NCBI GenBank assembly: GCA_035480035.1
Contig: DATIID010000008.1
Coordinates: 74,401-138,400 of the forward strand
Direction: 5' to 3'
From: Candidatus Saccharimonadales bacterium
Lineage (GTDB): Bacteria > Patescibacteriota > Saccharimonadia > Saccharimonadales > OMJO01
Length of the DNA stretch: 64,000 nt
This document shows positions 1-8,674 of this stretch, piece by piece. Position numbers and translations under genes: made by a program. The number at the start of each line of letters is the position of its first letter. Positions within the stretch are counted from its first letter, which is position 1. The notes under the pieces were generated by a model. The model made no database searches and had not been told where the DNA came from. It worked only from the letters and a program-made list of their open reading frames with translations.

Positions 1-1
1 G

Positions 2-511
2 TTGTCGCTAACAGTTGGTTTGATCTTGCAAACGATTCAGGAACGCGTGCCATTCGCTGCCAAAATTTTAGTCTGGCTCGGTGAAATGGTTTGGGGTGTA
101 GCAACTTTCTTTGTAGTGCCAATCATTGCTGTCAGCGAAAAACCAGTCGGTCCAATTCAAGCTACCAAAGAGTCAACCAGCATAATTAAAAGGGTTTGGG
201 GCGAAAGTCTGATTGTTAACCTCGGTGTTGGCTTAATAGCATTGTTATCAATGCTAGTTTATATTCCACTTGCCATTATTATCAGCTTTTTGGCTAGCAC
301 CGTATCAGTGCCGCTAGCAATAGCTTTGGGGATACTGGCTTTTCTTGGTTTCTTCGTTCTGATTTTGGTATTTAACGTCCTGGGTGCCATTGCCAAAGCG
401 GCTGTCTATTATTGGGCAACCACCGACAAGGCACCCGAAAATTTCGACAAAGAATTGCTTCGAGCCTCATTGACCGACCGAAAAGCTAGAAAAATTTTCG
501 CATTGCGTTAA
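2..511 (+). CDS. Membrane protein, DUF6159-like (5' partial)
   Basis: ORF open at the window edge, with several hydrophobic helices and the motif TFFVVP...GPI.A.KES...KRVWGE. Confidence 0.6.
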   Translation: MSLTVGLILQTIQERVPFAAKILVWLGEMVWGVATFFVVPIIAVSEKPVGPIQATKESTSIIKRVWGESLIVNLGVGLIALLSMLVYIPLAIIISFLASTVSVPLAIALGILAFLGFFVLILVFNVLGAIAKAAVYYWATTDKAPENFDKELLRASLTDRKARKIFALR

Positions 512-519
512 TGCAAAGG

Positions 520-1014
520 CTATCTGGGCTCTTTTTTGCCCTCGGCTAGCATGTCGCACATTCTAGCAATTCGAGCCACACGGGTTTCCGGTCTTTTGGC
601 TTCGTCAATCCAGCGAAAATATTCACGCTGGTGTGAATAAGCCAAACTTTCAAATTTTTCGAGTTGTTTGGCTTTGATCAAAGCTTTCTTAGCATCGGGT
701 GCAATCGGCCACTTGCGCTGCGCCGTGTCCAGCTCCACCACAACATGAACTTTGTCGCCTGGCTCTTTACCGAGTTCGGCCCGAACATCTTTGCGCAAAA
801 TTAGGCAAGCATCGCGGCCGCCCATTTTAGCTAGACTGCCTTGATAATGAACTTTACCGTCAAATATTGCTTTAATCGGCACCAAGTTACCTTTTCCGTA
901 CGTTTCTTTTAAATCTAGCGGGAACAAGATCCAGGCTGACGAATTGACGACGGATTCTTCACGTTCAATAAAAGCATCGAATTCAATTGGTCCGGGGTTT
1001 TTCAGCTCTGCCAT
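520..1014 (-). CDS. DUF1905 + YdeI/OmpD-associated domain protein
   Basis: N-terminal Y.GSL..MG...L.L.K..R..LGK.PGD.V.V and C-terminal FE.LAYSHQREY..WI..AKRPETR..RI motifs. Confidence 0.8.
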   Translation of the reverse strand: MAELKNPGPIEFDAFIEREESVVNSSAWILFPLDLKETYGKGNLVPIKAIFDGKVHYQGSLAKMGGRDACLILRKDVRAELGKEPGDKVHVVVELDTAQRKWPIAPDAKKALIKAKQLEKFESLAYSHQREYFRWIDEAKRPETRVARIARMCDMLAEGKKEPR

Positions 1015-1055
1015 ACATAACAGTATACCTAACTAGTAATAACAGATGTGATGTG

Positions 1056-1074
1056 CTAGAATTACCCCTGTTGT
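1056..1074 (+). promoter_or_regulatory. Extended -10 promoter (TGcTAGAAT) for the leader/tRNA-Arg transcript
   Basis: tgctagaattacccctgtt matches the tRNA-Ser(TGA) upstream sequence tgctataattacccctgtt at 18 of 19 positions. Confidence 0.65.
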
Positions 1075-1172
1075 TGACCAAGCCAGGGAAAAGAGCAGCG
1101 AGCTTGGTTCGCTTGCGAACACGGCTTTGCCGACGAGTAATGAGAAAAACCGTAGGTTTGTCTCATTACTAA

Positions 1173-1249
1173 GCACCCGTAGCTCAGCTGGATAGAGCGT
1201 TGGCTTGCGGAGCCAAAGGTCGTGAGTTCGAATCTCGCCGGGTGTACCA
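1173..1249 (+). tRNA. tRNA-Arg(GCG)
   Basis: Cloverleaf with acceptor GCACCCG/CGGGTGT, anticodon arm TTGGC-TT-GCG-GA-GCCAA, T-loop TTCGAAT and encoded CCA. Confidence 0.95.
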
Positions 1250-1325
1250 AATTATTTAGACTTGTTGCTCATGGTTTAACTTGGTATCTGATGTATCTTT
1301 CTTATGACAGTCGAGTTAGCTAGTT

Positions 1326-2027
1326 ATGAATAAAATAATTAACGAATCAATCCCTTTTTCGAACAATGAGTCTTTTGAGAAATTGGGGTTGCCCGAAGGC
1401 TTTTACACACGACGACTATCGGTTGAAGATGTTGAGGAGTTCGTGGCTTTTGACACCTGGAACTATGTTAACGCTAATCCAGATACGCCAACCGACCACC
1501 AAACCGGTTCCTACATTAACGAGACAGTTAGTGGATGGTTTAATGACGGCATTGTCATGGCCGAAGGCATTTTTGATAACGAAGGAAGCCTGATGGCGTC
1601 ATTAATGGTAGAGCCTTTGCCTGCCAAAGATGCACTTGACCTGACTAATATCAATACTCATATTAATTTGCGCGATAGGGGAATTGGGCATTATTTCCTA
1701 GACCGCACCGAAGCCATGGCCCGAAACTTTGATTTGTCAAAATGTACACTCCGGGTTGATCCGCTTAATAGTCGCGGCATGCATCTTTATATGGAGCATG
1801 GTTATAAAGTTACATCGTACGACAAAAGAGAAAAATGGTTATTTATGACTAATTGGTTAGTTGAAGGTCCTGAATTTGATTATTCAGATCAGATTGAAAT
1901 TAGAACAAGTGAAGATAATCGCTTAAAAGAAACGTTGGGTCTCGGCTACGTTGGCACAACTTTTGTTAGAAATACTGAAGTCGAAGATCCAAAAAATAAC
2001 AGCGTGATCTTTTCTAAATCTGTCTAA
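1326..2027 (+). CDS. GNAT family N-acetyltransferase
   Basis: Acetyl-CoA motif LRDRGIG and L.V.P.N..G..LY...GY, plus a C-terminal extension. Confidence 0.8.
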   Translation: MNKIINESIPFSNNESFEKLGLPEGFYTRRLSVEDVEEFVAFDTWNYVNANPDTPTDHQTGSYINETVSGWFNDGIVMAEGIFDNEGSLMASLMVEPLPAKDALDLTNINTHINLRDRGIGHYFLDRTEAMARNFDLSKCTLRVDPLNSRGMHLYMEHGYKVTSYDKREKWLFMTNWLVEGPEFDYSDQIEIRTSEDNRLKETLGLGYVGTTFVRNTEVEDPKNNSVIFSKSV

Positions 2028-2100
2028 TTTGATACTTGTTAGTTAACTAATATAAATCATTTATGTAATCAGTTATGTTGGAGTGGTGAAGGGACATCAC

Positions 2101-2205
2101 ATGACACTACTAATTATTGAACTGATGCTGGCTGTTTTTCTGTTATTTGCCTTGGGTGTAATGCTTTTTAAAGGACTACTAGAGTTATTCCCGGTGTGGC
2201 ATTAA
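2101..2205 (+). CDS. Putative 34-aa single-pass membrane peptide (not in ORF track)
   Basis: ATG..TAA encodes MTLLIIELMLAVFLLFALGVMLFKGLLELFPVWH, with purine-rich GAAGGG upstream. Confidence 0.5.
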   Translation: MTLLIIELMLAVFLLFALGVMLFKGLLELFPVWH

Positions 2206-2254
2206 GGTAACCAGGTCCATTTTACTTGTATAGATATTAGTTTATGATTTTGTT

Positions 2255-2548
2255 ATGCGAGAACAATCGAAAGTTGAGTGTAATGGTTCTATTTTTAAGT
2301 TTGAGCCTCCAGTTAAAATCAGAGACGATGAGCCGCCTATTGGCGAAGAAGAACCAGTTACGACATTAGAACGATTAGCAACAGTTGCTTGGTATGGCAC
2401 TGAGTTTCCTCGTGGTCTAGCCGACCAAACTTGTGAGGAAATGATGGTTCAATATTTTGAAGATGTTAAAAGAGATCCAAGAGAAATCTCTAATAAGCTA
2501 AATACTATATTGAAAGACAAATACGAAATAACTTTAGTTACTGAATAA
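2255..2548 (+). CDS. Hypothetical protein
   Basis: 97-aa ORF with TATGAT 6 nt upstream of the ATG. Confidence 0.6.
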   Translation: MREQSKVECNGSIFKFEPPVKIRDDEPPIGEEEPVTTLERLATVAWYGTEFPRGLADQTCEEMMVQYFEDVKRDPREISNKLNTILKDKYEITLVTE

Positions 2549-2648
2549 ATTAGAGTCAAATATTCCGTTTCCACATAGAGCTATATGTGGTAGAGTTGCG
2601 AGCAATTAGTTGAGCTTAAGCATTTTGAATACTATATAATGTTCGGTA

Positions 2649-5528
2649 ATGCCAAAGGCTAGGAAAACTGTAGCTAAACCATCGGCTATCAAGGTGCCGA
2701 GAGACCGGTTGTTGCCAAGATTGACAACGACCTTTTTTGATCGACCACGAATTACGGCGTTAATCTGGGCGGTGTTAATTATTTTTGGCTCACTGAGCTA
2801 CACAACGCTTCTTCGCCGAGAAGGTTTTCCAAGTGTTAATATACCGCTGACAATTGTTAACGGCACTTATTTCGTTAATGATCCGGCCAAAGTTGACGGC
2901 AATGTGGCTAAACCGATTTCCGATATTGCCGTAAAAGATCCAGACGTAAAATCAATTCAATCACAAAGCGCTGACAACTTTTTTGTCATACAAGTTCAGT
3001 ATAAAGACGGCACCGATGCTAAAGCGGCCGCTAGTAAGCTCGAACAGGATGTTAAAAAAGACGGACATTTGCCAAAAAATGCTCAAGTTCAGTTCAATGT
3101 GCCGTATTTTGGCGCGACCGGCGGCGATACTCAACAAATTGATGGCGCCATTTCGTTTTATGACCAAAACGGTCAATCCCCAACCAAGCAAACTGTCGCT
3201 AAAGCTAACGAAGCAGTTAAATGGTTGAATGACCAAAAGTTGTCGCATGTCCAATCGGTTTTCTTGAAAAATCCATATGAGACTGTTACTAACCCGGCGA
3301 CCGGTAAAAAAGTGACAGTTCAGCATAATTTTGATCGATTTGGGCTCCGTGATGGCAATCAAACTAAGTTCTATAACTCGGTGATAATTGGTGTAACGGG
3401 TGTTAAAAATGTTGACGTCATTAAGCTTGATACGCAATTGCGCGACGCTGTAAATCGTTTACAACAGCAGCCACAATTTAAGAATTATAGCGCTGACGTC
3501 AGCGCTAGCTTTGCGCCAAACATTAAAGATAATCTGAGCGAGTTGCAACGCGTGTTATTAGAGGGTCTAGCGGCTATTTTAGTGGTTGGATCAATCGTAA
3601 TTGCGATTCGGGCCTCACTGATTACAGTCATTTCGATGGTGACTGTATTGCTGACTTCGTTAGGGTTTTTGTACCTGATTGGTTACAGCCTCAACGTTAT
3701 CACCTTGTTTGCGCTAATTCTTGGTCTGGCACTGATTGTTGACGACACCATCATTATGGTCGAGGCGATTGATGCAGCCAGACGGCGCCACAAAGACCCC
3801 CGAGTTGCCGTCAAAGAAGCGTCGCAACGCATTAGCCGGGCAATGGTAGCCGCAACGGCGACGGCGTCATTGAGCTTTGCACCACTACTGTTTGTTGGTG
3901 GTATTTTAGGTAGCTTTATCCGCGCCATTCCGATAACCATCATTGCTTCATTAATTCTCAGCTTGTTTATCGCACTGGTTCTAATCCCGTTTATGGCGCG
4001 CTACATCTTGCTTGGTAAAAAACAAATGGGCAGCAAAGGTGTTGAAGAAGTCGCTGCCGGTTTTGAAGCTCAAATTGCTCGTGTGATCGCTAGTCCAATG
4101 ATCTGGGCTCGAGGCAACAAGAAACGCCTGTTCGGTGTTGGTATTACTGCGCTGGTGATTGGCTTTGGCTTCACGGCCGCTGGTTTAACGATTGCTAAAA
4201 ATGTAGTCTTTAACATTTTCCCGCCAACAAAAAATACTAACGGCTTGGTTTTAAATATGAACTTCCCACCTGGCACCACAGTTGATAAAGCAGGTAAGAT
4301 TGCCGATAAAGCTAATCAACTGACCGCTGAAACAATTGGTAGTAACTTTGTTCAAAGTTCGTTTTATAATTCCGGCTCGGCACAATCGGCTATGGAGCAG
4401 ATCCAAATTATTTCTTATAACAAACGTGACGTCACATCACCAGAGCTGGTTAAACAGCTTCAGCAGCGCTTTGACAGCGACTTTAAGGACGCTAAGGTCT
4501 CAGTTGGCCAAAATGACGTCGGACCGCCAAGTTCGGCTTTTATCGTCCAGTTGGATGCTGCTAATCGAAAGCAATCCCTAAAAGCCGCTCAAGCCTTAGC
4601 TGATTATATGAACAAAGTAGAGTTGAAGCGATTGAATGGTAAAGTAGCCCATTTTGTAAACGTCAATATCTCAAATGCTAGTGAGTACGACCGCACCGGC
4701 AATAAACCGATTGTAATTGTCAGCGGCGGGTTTGACGGCAATGACACAACCACCTTAGTAACCCTTGGGCAAGATGCAGTCAAAAAAGAATTTAACGCCG
4801 ACAAGTTGAAGTCGTATGGCTTAAAATCGGACGCCCTCAGTTTCAACCTTGGTCAAGAATCAGATAACCAAAACTCGTTTAAAACTTTGGTCTTAGCTTT
4901 TCCGGTTCTGTTAGCGGTAATGTTTGTGCTGCTAGCGTTTGAATTTCATTCGCTATTACAACCGTTACTGATTTTTATGGCGATCCCGTTCAGTATTTTT
5001 GGCGTGATGCTTGGACTGTATCTAACCGACAACGCCATTAGCTTCTTTGCCTTGCTTGGATTCTTCGCTTTGCTGGGACTGAGTATTAAAAACACGATTC
5101 TATTAACCGACTATGCGAATCAAGCTCGGCGTAGTGGTATGGGCGCAATTGACGCCGCCCACGCCGCTCTTGAGGAACGATTCCGACCTTTATTTGCTAC
5201 TAGTGTCACGGCTGTCGTTTCGTTAATCCCATTGGCCCTGACCAGCCCGTTCTGGCAAGGTTTGGCAGTCGTCTTAATCTTTGGCTTAGTATCGAGCACG
5301 TTTTTGGTAGTAACAGTTTTCCCTTACTACTATTTGGGCGCCGAGTATTTGCGGCTACGCATTTCTCCTAAGCACTTCTTGGTCTGGGCGGCGGCCACAA
5401 TTGTTTTGGTTGTTCTAGCTACTAAACTTATCGGTGGTTATGGCTTTTACATTATTCCATTCAATTTGGCATTGGTAATTTTGCAAGCTATGTTTAAGAA
5501 GAAATTGATTCGTCCACATCAATTTTAG
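2649..5528 (+). CDS. AcrB/AcrD/AcrF-family RND permease
   Basis: 959 aa in two 1+5 TM halves, with motifs EGFP, GLALIVDDTIIMVE, KNTILL and ERFRP (proton-relay residues). Confidence 0.9.
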   Translation: MPKARKTVAKPSAIKVPRDRLLPRLTTTFFDRPRITALIWAVLIIFGSLSYTTLLRREGFPSVNIPLTIVNGTYFVNDPAKVDGNVAKPISDIAVKDPDVKSIQSQSADNFFVIQVQYKDGTDAKAAASKLEQDVKKDGHLPKNAQVQFNVPYFGATGGDTQQIDGAISFYDQNGQSPTKQTVAKANEAVKWLNDQKLSHVQSVFLKNPYETVTNPATGKKVTVQHNFDRFGLRDGNQTKFYNSVIIGVTGVKNVDVIKLDTQLRDAVNRLQQQPQFKNYSADVSASFAPNIKDNLSELQRVLLEGLAAILVVGSIVIAIRASLITVISMVTVLLTSLGFLYLIGYSLNVITLFALILGLALIVDDTIIMVEAIDAARRRHKDPRVAVKEASQRISRAMVAATATASLSFAPLLFVGGILGSFIRAIPITIIASLILSLFIALVLIPFMARYILLGKKQMGSKGVEEVAAGFEAQIARVIASPMIWARGNKKRLFGVGITALVIGFGFTAAGLTIAKNVVFNIFPPTKNTNGLVLNMNFPPGTTVDKAGKIADKANQLTAETIGSNFVQSSFYNSGSAQSAMEQIQIISYNKRDVTSPELVKQLQQRFDSDFKDAKVSVGQNDVGPPSSAFIVQLDAANRKQSLKAAQALADYMNKVELKRLNGKVAHFVNVNISNASEYDRTGNKPIVIVSGGFDGNDTTTLVTLGQDAVKKEFNADKLKSYGLKSDALSFNLGQESDNQNSFKTLVLAFPVLLAVMFVLLAFEFHSLLQPLLIFMAIPFSIFGVMLGLYLTDNAISFFALLGFFALLGLSIKNTILLTDYANQARRSGMGAIDAAHAALEERFRPLFATSVTAVVSLIPLALTSPFWQGLAVVLIFGLVSSTFLVVTVFPYYYLGAEYLRLRISPKHFLVWAAATIVLVVLATKLIGGYGFYIIPFNLALVILQAMFKKKLIRPHQF

Positions 5529-5566
5529 TTGCGCTTGGCCGTGGCATGCCGTAATCTGGTATTTAA

Positions 5567-6268
5567 ATGGTGAGGCAAAGTCGCGGACGATTGTATTGTT
5601 TTTCGCCGCCAGTCATGCTGGCAACCTTTATTATTGAAACGTTTTCGTTTATTTATGTATTTGTACGCTACAAGCTGACGACTTTCACACGCTTAGCCAC
5701 GGCAACTTTAGGTTTATTAGCAATTTTTCAGCTAGCCGAATACAACGTTTGCGGCGGTCATGGAGTTTCGGCAGCAACTTGGTCACGGATAGGTTTTATG
5801 GCTATAACCTTACTGCCGCCGCTCGGTATACACTTAATCCAAACTATTTCCGGTCGTAACATTCGTTGGGTTGTCGGTCTAAGTTATTTGTCGGGGTTAA
5901 CTTTTGCTGGACTATTTGGCTTAAGCCAAAGTTCATTCAATAGCCACATTTGCGCCGGTAACTATGCTATTTTCCAATTAGCCAACAACCTTGGCGGCGC
6001 TTATTTTGCTTATTACTATACTCTGTTATTTTTGGGGATTAGTTTGGGACTTTACTTTAGTCTGTCGGCCAAACAAAGGGTTCGTGAAGGCTTAATTTTG
6101 CAAGTTTTTGGCTACTTATGTTTTTTGTTACCAACCGGGGTAACTAATGCTGTTAATCCACAGACCATCAGCGGTATTCCAAGTATAATGTGTGGCTATG
6201 CCGTAATCTACGCCTTAATTTTGACACTTGGTATAGTACCGGGACTAGCTTCAACCAAAAAAACTTAG
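5567..6268 (+). CDS. 7-TM membrane protein, stand-alone sensor-like
   Basis: About 7 hydrophobic segments and no cytoplasmic output domain. Confidence 0.6.
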   Translation: MVRQSRGRLYCFSPPVMLATFIIETFSFIYVFVRYKLTTFTRLATATLGLLAIFQLAEYNVCGGHGVSAATWSRIGFMAITLLPPLGIHLIQTISGRNIRWVVGLSYLSGLTFAGLFGLSQSSFNSHICAGNYAIFQLANNLGGAYFAYYYTLLFLGISLGLYFSLSAKQRVREGLILQVFGYLCFLLPTGVTNAVNPQTISGIPSIMCGYAVIYALILTLGIVPGLASTKKT

Positions 6269-6852
6269 AAACGAATTTTGCGCATTAATTGATCAGTCAG
6301 ATCGTGGTCACGTTGTTCAAGCGGCAGATAACCGCTTAAGACATTAACAATACTTTTTTCATCTTTATGGTCATAGTAAATTGACAGTGGCGGCATAAAG
6401 CGTGTCATCGGCAGCAACAGAATCGAAGGGACGCCACTCTCGTCCATAATCGCGAACGACTTAAATCGAGCGTAAGGATAAGTTTTGGGACCAATCTTTA
6501 GTCCGCTGTTATCTAACACGTATTCCAAATTTTCCGGCTTGCGGGCAGCAAATACACCGAATATCACAAACATGGCCAGAATCAAAAAGGTTGGTAAGTA
6601 ATCGTGATTGGTAGTTAGAAAAACAATCCCGCCAATCACCACACCGCCCAAACCAAGGCCCATGAACCACATCGTATTTTTATCGTGAGCCATGTACTCC
6701 GAAGCCGTCCAGCTAACACTTTGCTGATGCGTAGGAGGTGGTGCATTCTGCGAAGTCGCCCCCTCAGACACGGCGGCTTTGTCGTCGGCACTAAATGTCC
6801 AGTTCGAATCTGATAGTTTAGCGTCTTCGCTGTCCGCCTTTTTCTTTGCCAT
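6265..6852 (-). CDS. Conserved 2-TM membrane protein (W.A.EY..H.K...W motif, typical of CPR)
   Basis: Two TM helices followed by a small soluble domain. Confidence 0.65.
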   Translation of the reverse strand: MAKKKADSEDAKLSDSNWTFSADDKAAVSEGATSQNAPPPTHQQSVSWTASEYMAHDKNTMWFMGLGLGGVVIGGIVFLTTNHDYLPTFLILAMFVIFGVFAARKPENLEYVLDNSGLKIGPKTYPYARFKSFAIMDESGVPSILLLPMTRFMPPLSIYYDHKDEKSIVNVLSGYLPLEQRDHDLTDQLMRKIRF

Positions 6853-6898
6853 AAGCGTATTCTACAGTGACCGCGGGAAGCAGTCAAAGTGTCGGCCT

Positions 6899-8359
6899 TT
6901 AATTTTCCAATAAAATCGCTTCAGATGTTATGTAAGTTTGGTGCCAGTGTTCGTTTTCCAGGCGCCCAACAAGTTTATTGGTTTGGTTATCACGAAGCAA
7001 CAGTGCGCATTTAACGTCGTACTTGCTAAATTCTGATTTTCTCAGTCGATCGTCGCTAAATATTTTAGTGTAAATGTTGAAGTACTTCTGACCTTGTTCA
7101 TTGCGCCAACTTGGCATTCGGCCATCGATATAAATCGGTTGGTTTGGCAATTGCCAGATTAAAAAACCGCCAAGATTATAAGAATTAAAGATGTTGCCGC
7201 TACAAGGATGATCTTTCAGGTAGGTGTAAACCGTAAAGTCGGTTGAAATATCATATTTCTGCGGAATCCAGCTAACCCCAGACCGATAAACACCGTAGCC
7301 GACATCACCCAATACGATTAGAACTAATATGACTAGGACAACTTTGACACGAAGCTTAGGTTTTTTAGGGATGTTTTTACGTGCTTGTTTTGCATAATCT
7401 TCAAGTTTGGGCATGGCGGCTATGACAAAAAGAATGATATGCCGGGTTGACGATAGCCCAGCTAAAAACAACAGCTTATCAAACGTAAACAAATCGTCAA
7501 ATTTCTTTTTGGTGTACAGAATTGTGCCAGCTATCCAAAGCGAAATATAAGCCTGAGATTGCCAAAAGATCAGAAACGGACGCCATTCGACAATCTGCCA
7601 ATGGAGTTGGCTATCAAACAGAGTGGTAAATACTTCAAAATATAATCTTGGACCGTAGGGGTTTATAAAGGTTGCTAAAATTGACAGGCCAAATATTTTG
7701 AGCCACAGCCAATCGCGTTCCTTGATTAGTAAAAAACCAATGTAGGCCAGACCAATAATGAAGCCGCCATGTAAGTTGGTCCACAGCATTATGATTAATG
7801 GCATGAGAAAAATAAACTTTGATCTTAAGCGCTTACTCTCGGATAGTCTGATCAGAACTGCCAGCAGCAGTGCCGACCAAGCCATTGGTCGAACTGAAAC
7901 GTAGGGCTGAATCGCAATGGCGGCCAAAAGCATAGTAATTAAGTACCGCTTCCCGGTTACAAATAGAGCTGATGTCCAAACACCGGCAAACACCAGCGTC
8001 AAACCAATGTAAGAAATACGATTAAATATCAGGGCATTAATAACGTCGCTTAGCCATTCATGGTCAATCCAGCGATAATTTCTGGCGGTATAAGTAAACA
8101 CGTCGTGGCCTGGAACCCAGTGCGCCAAAATGTAGCGGCCAGCCTGCAAATGCCAGCCAAAGTCTGGATCGATAGTGTTCCAGACAATCAGTCCAAAAAC
8201 GGTGAAAACAATAACAAACTTAAGGCACTGCGTAAGTTTAGGATGTTTATCGGCAAACTTCGTCAGTTTTTGCCAAAGCACTTGAAGTTTAGCCCAAGCA
8301 ACATCGAATTGGGTAACTGGCTTTGTCTGATTTTTAACAGTTTTATTAATGATACTCAA
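6899..8359 (-). CDS. GT-C-fold membrane glycosyltransferase-like protein
   Basis: Motifs DPDFGWHL..G, W.DHEWL, LW.NLHGGF, INPYG and IDGR; multi-TM. Confidence 0.7.
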   Translation of the reverse strand: MSIINKTVKNQTKPVTQFDVAWAKLQVLWQKLTKFADKHPKLTQCLKFVIVFTVFGLIVWNTIDPDFGWHLQAGRYILAHWVPGHDVFTYTARNYRWIDHEWLSDVINALIFNRISYIGLTLVFAGVWTSALFVTGKRYLITMLLAAIAIQPYVSVRPMAWSALLLAVLIRLSESKRLRSKFIFLMPLIIMLWTNLHGGFIIGLAYIGFLLIKERDWLWLKIFGLSILATFINPYGPRLYFEVFTTLFDSQLHWQIVEWRPFLIFWQSQAYISLWIAGTILYTKKKFDDLFTFDKLLFLAGLSSTRHIILFVIAAMPKLEDYAKQARKNIPKKPKLRVKVVLVILVLIVLGDVGYGVYRSGVSWIPQKYDISTDFTVYTYLKDHPCSGNIFNSYNLGGFLIWQLPNQPIYIDGRMPSWRNEQGQKYFNIYTKIFSDDRLRKSEFSKYDVKCALLLRDNQTNKLVGRLENEHWHQTYITSEAILLEN

Positions 8360-8528
8360 CTTTGTTATTTTAGTCGCAGGTTTTCCTACTGCCTAGTATT
8401 GTTTCAAAGTCGGGGTCGAGCTGTCTAGTGGGTTTGACTAAACTACAATGATTTGCACTCTTGAACCAAGCATAACTTTAACTTACTCTATACAAAGCCT
8501 TCACTGACAGCTAAACTGTAAGTCCTAC

Positions 8529-8621
8529 GGAGAGGTACCCAAGTGGCTGAAGGGGATGGTTTGCTAAATCATTAGGGGGGCGCAAGCTCCCGCGAGGGTT
8601 CGAATCCCTCCCTCTCCGCCA
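8529..8621 (+). tRNA. tRNA-Ser(GCT)
   Basis: Acceptor GGAGAGG/CCTCTCC, anticodon ATGGT-TT-GCT-AA-ATCAT, long variable arm, G discriminator and CCA. Confidence 0.95.
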
Positions 8622-8674
8622 AAATAGCTAAATTAAGCCAGCCTGGTGGTTGTTATACAAAAATTCGGTGACTA

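Noticed and set aside
1077-1108. Calling the tRNA leader an SRP (4.5S) RNA
   Set aside because: CAGG/AGCAGC are present, but the apical stem with GNRA tetraloop and the long closing helix are missing; kept only as an unassigned structured RNA
987-1250. ORFs 987..1172 (+) and 1062..1250 (-)
   Set aside because: They overlap the tRNA-Arg gene and its leader; the minus ORF is the typical antisense-of-tRNA artefact
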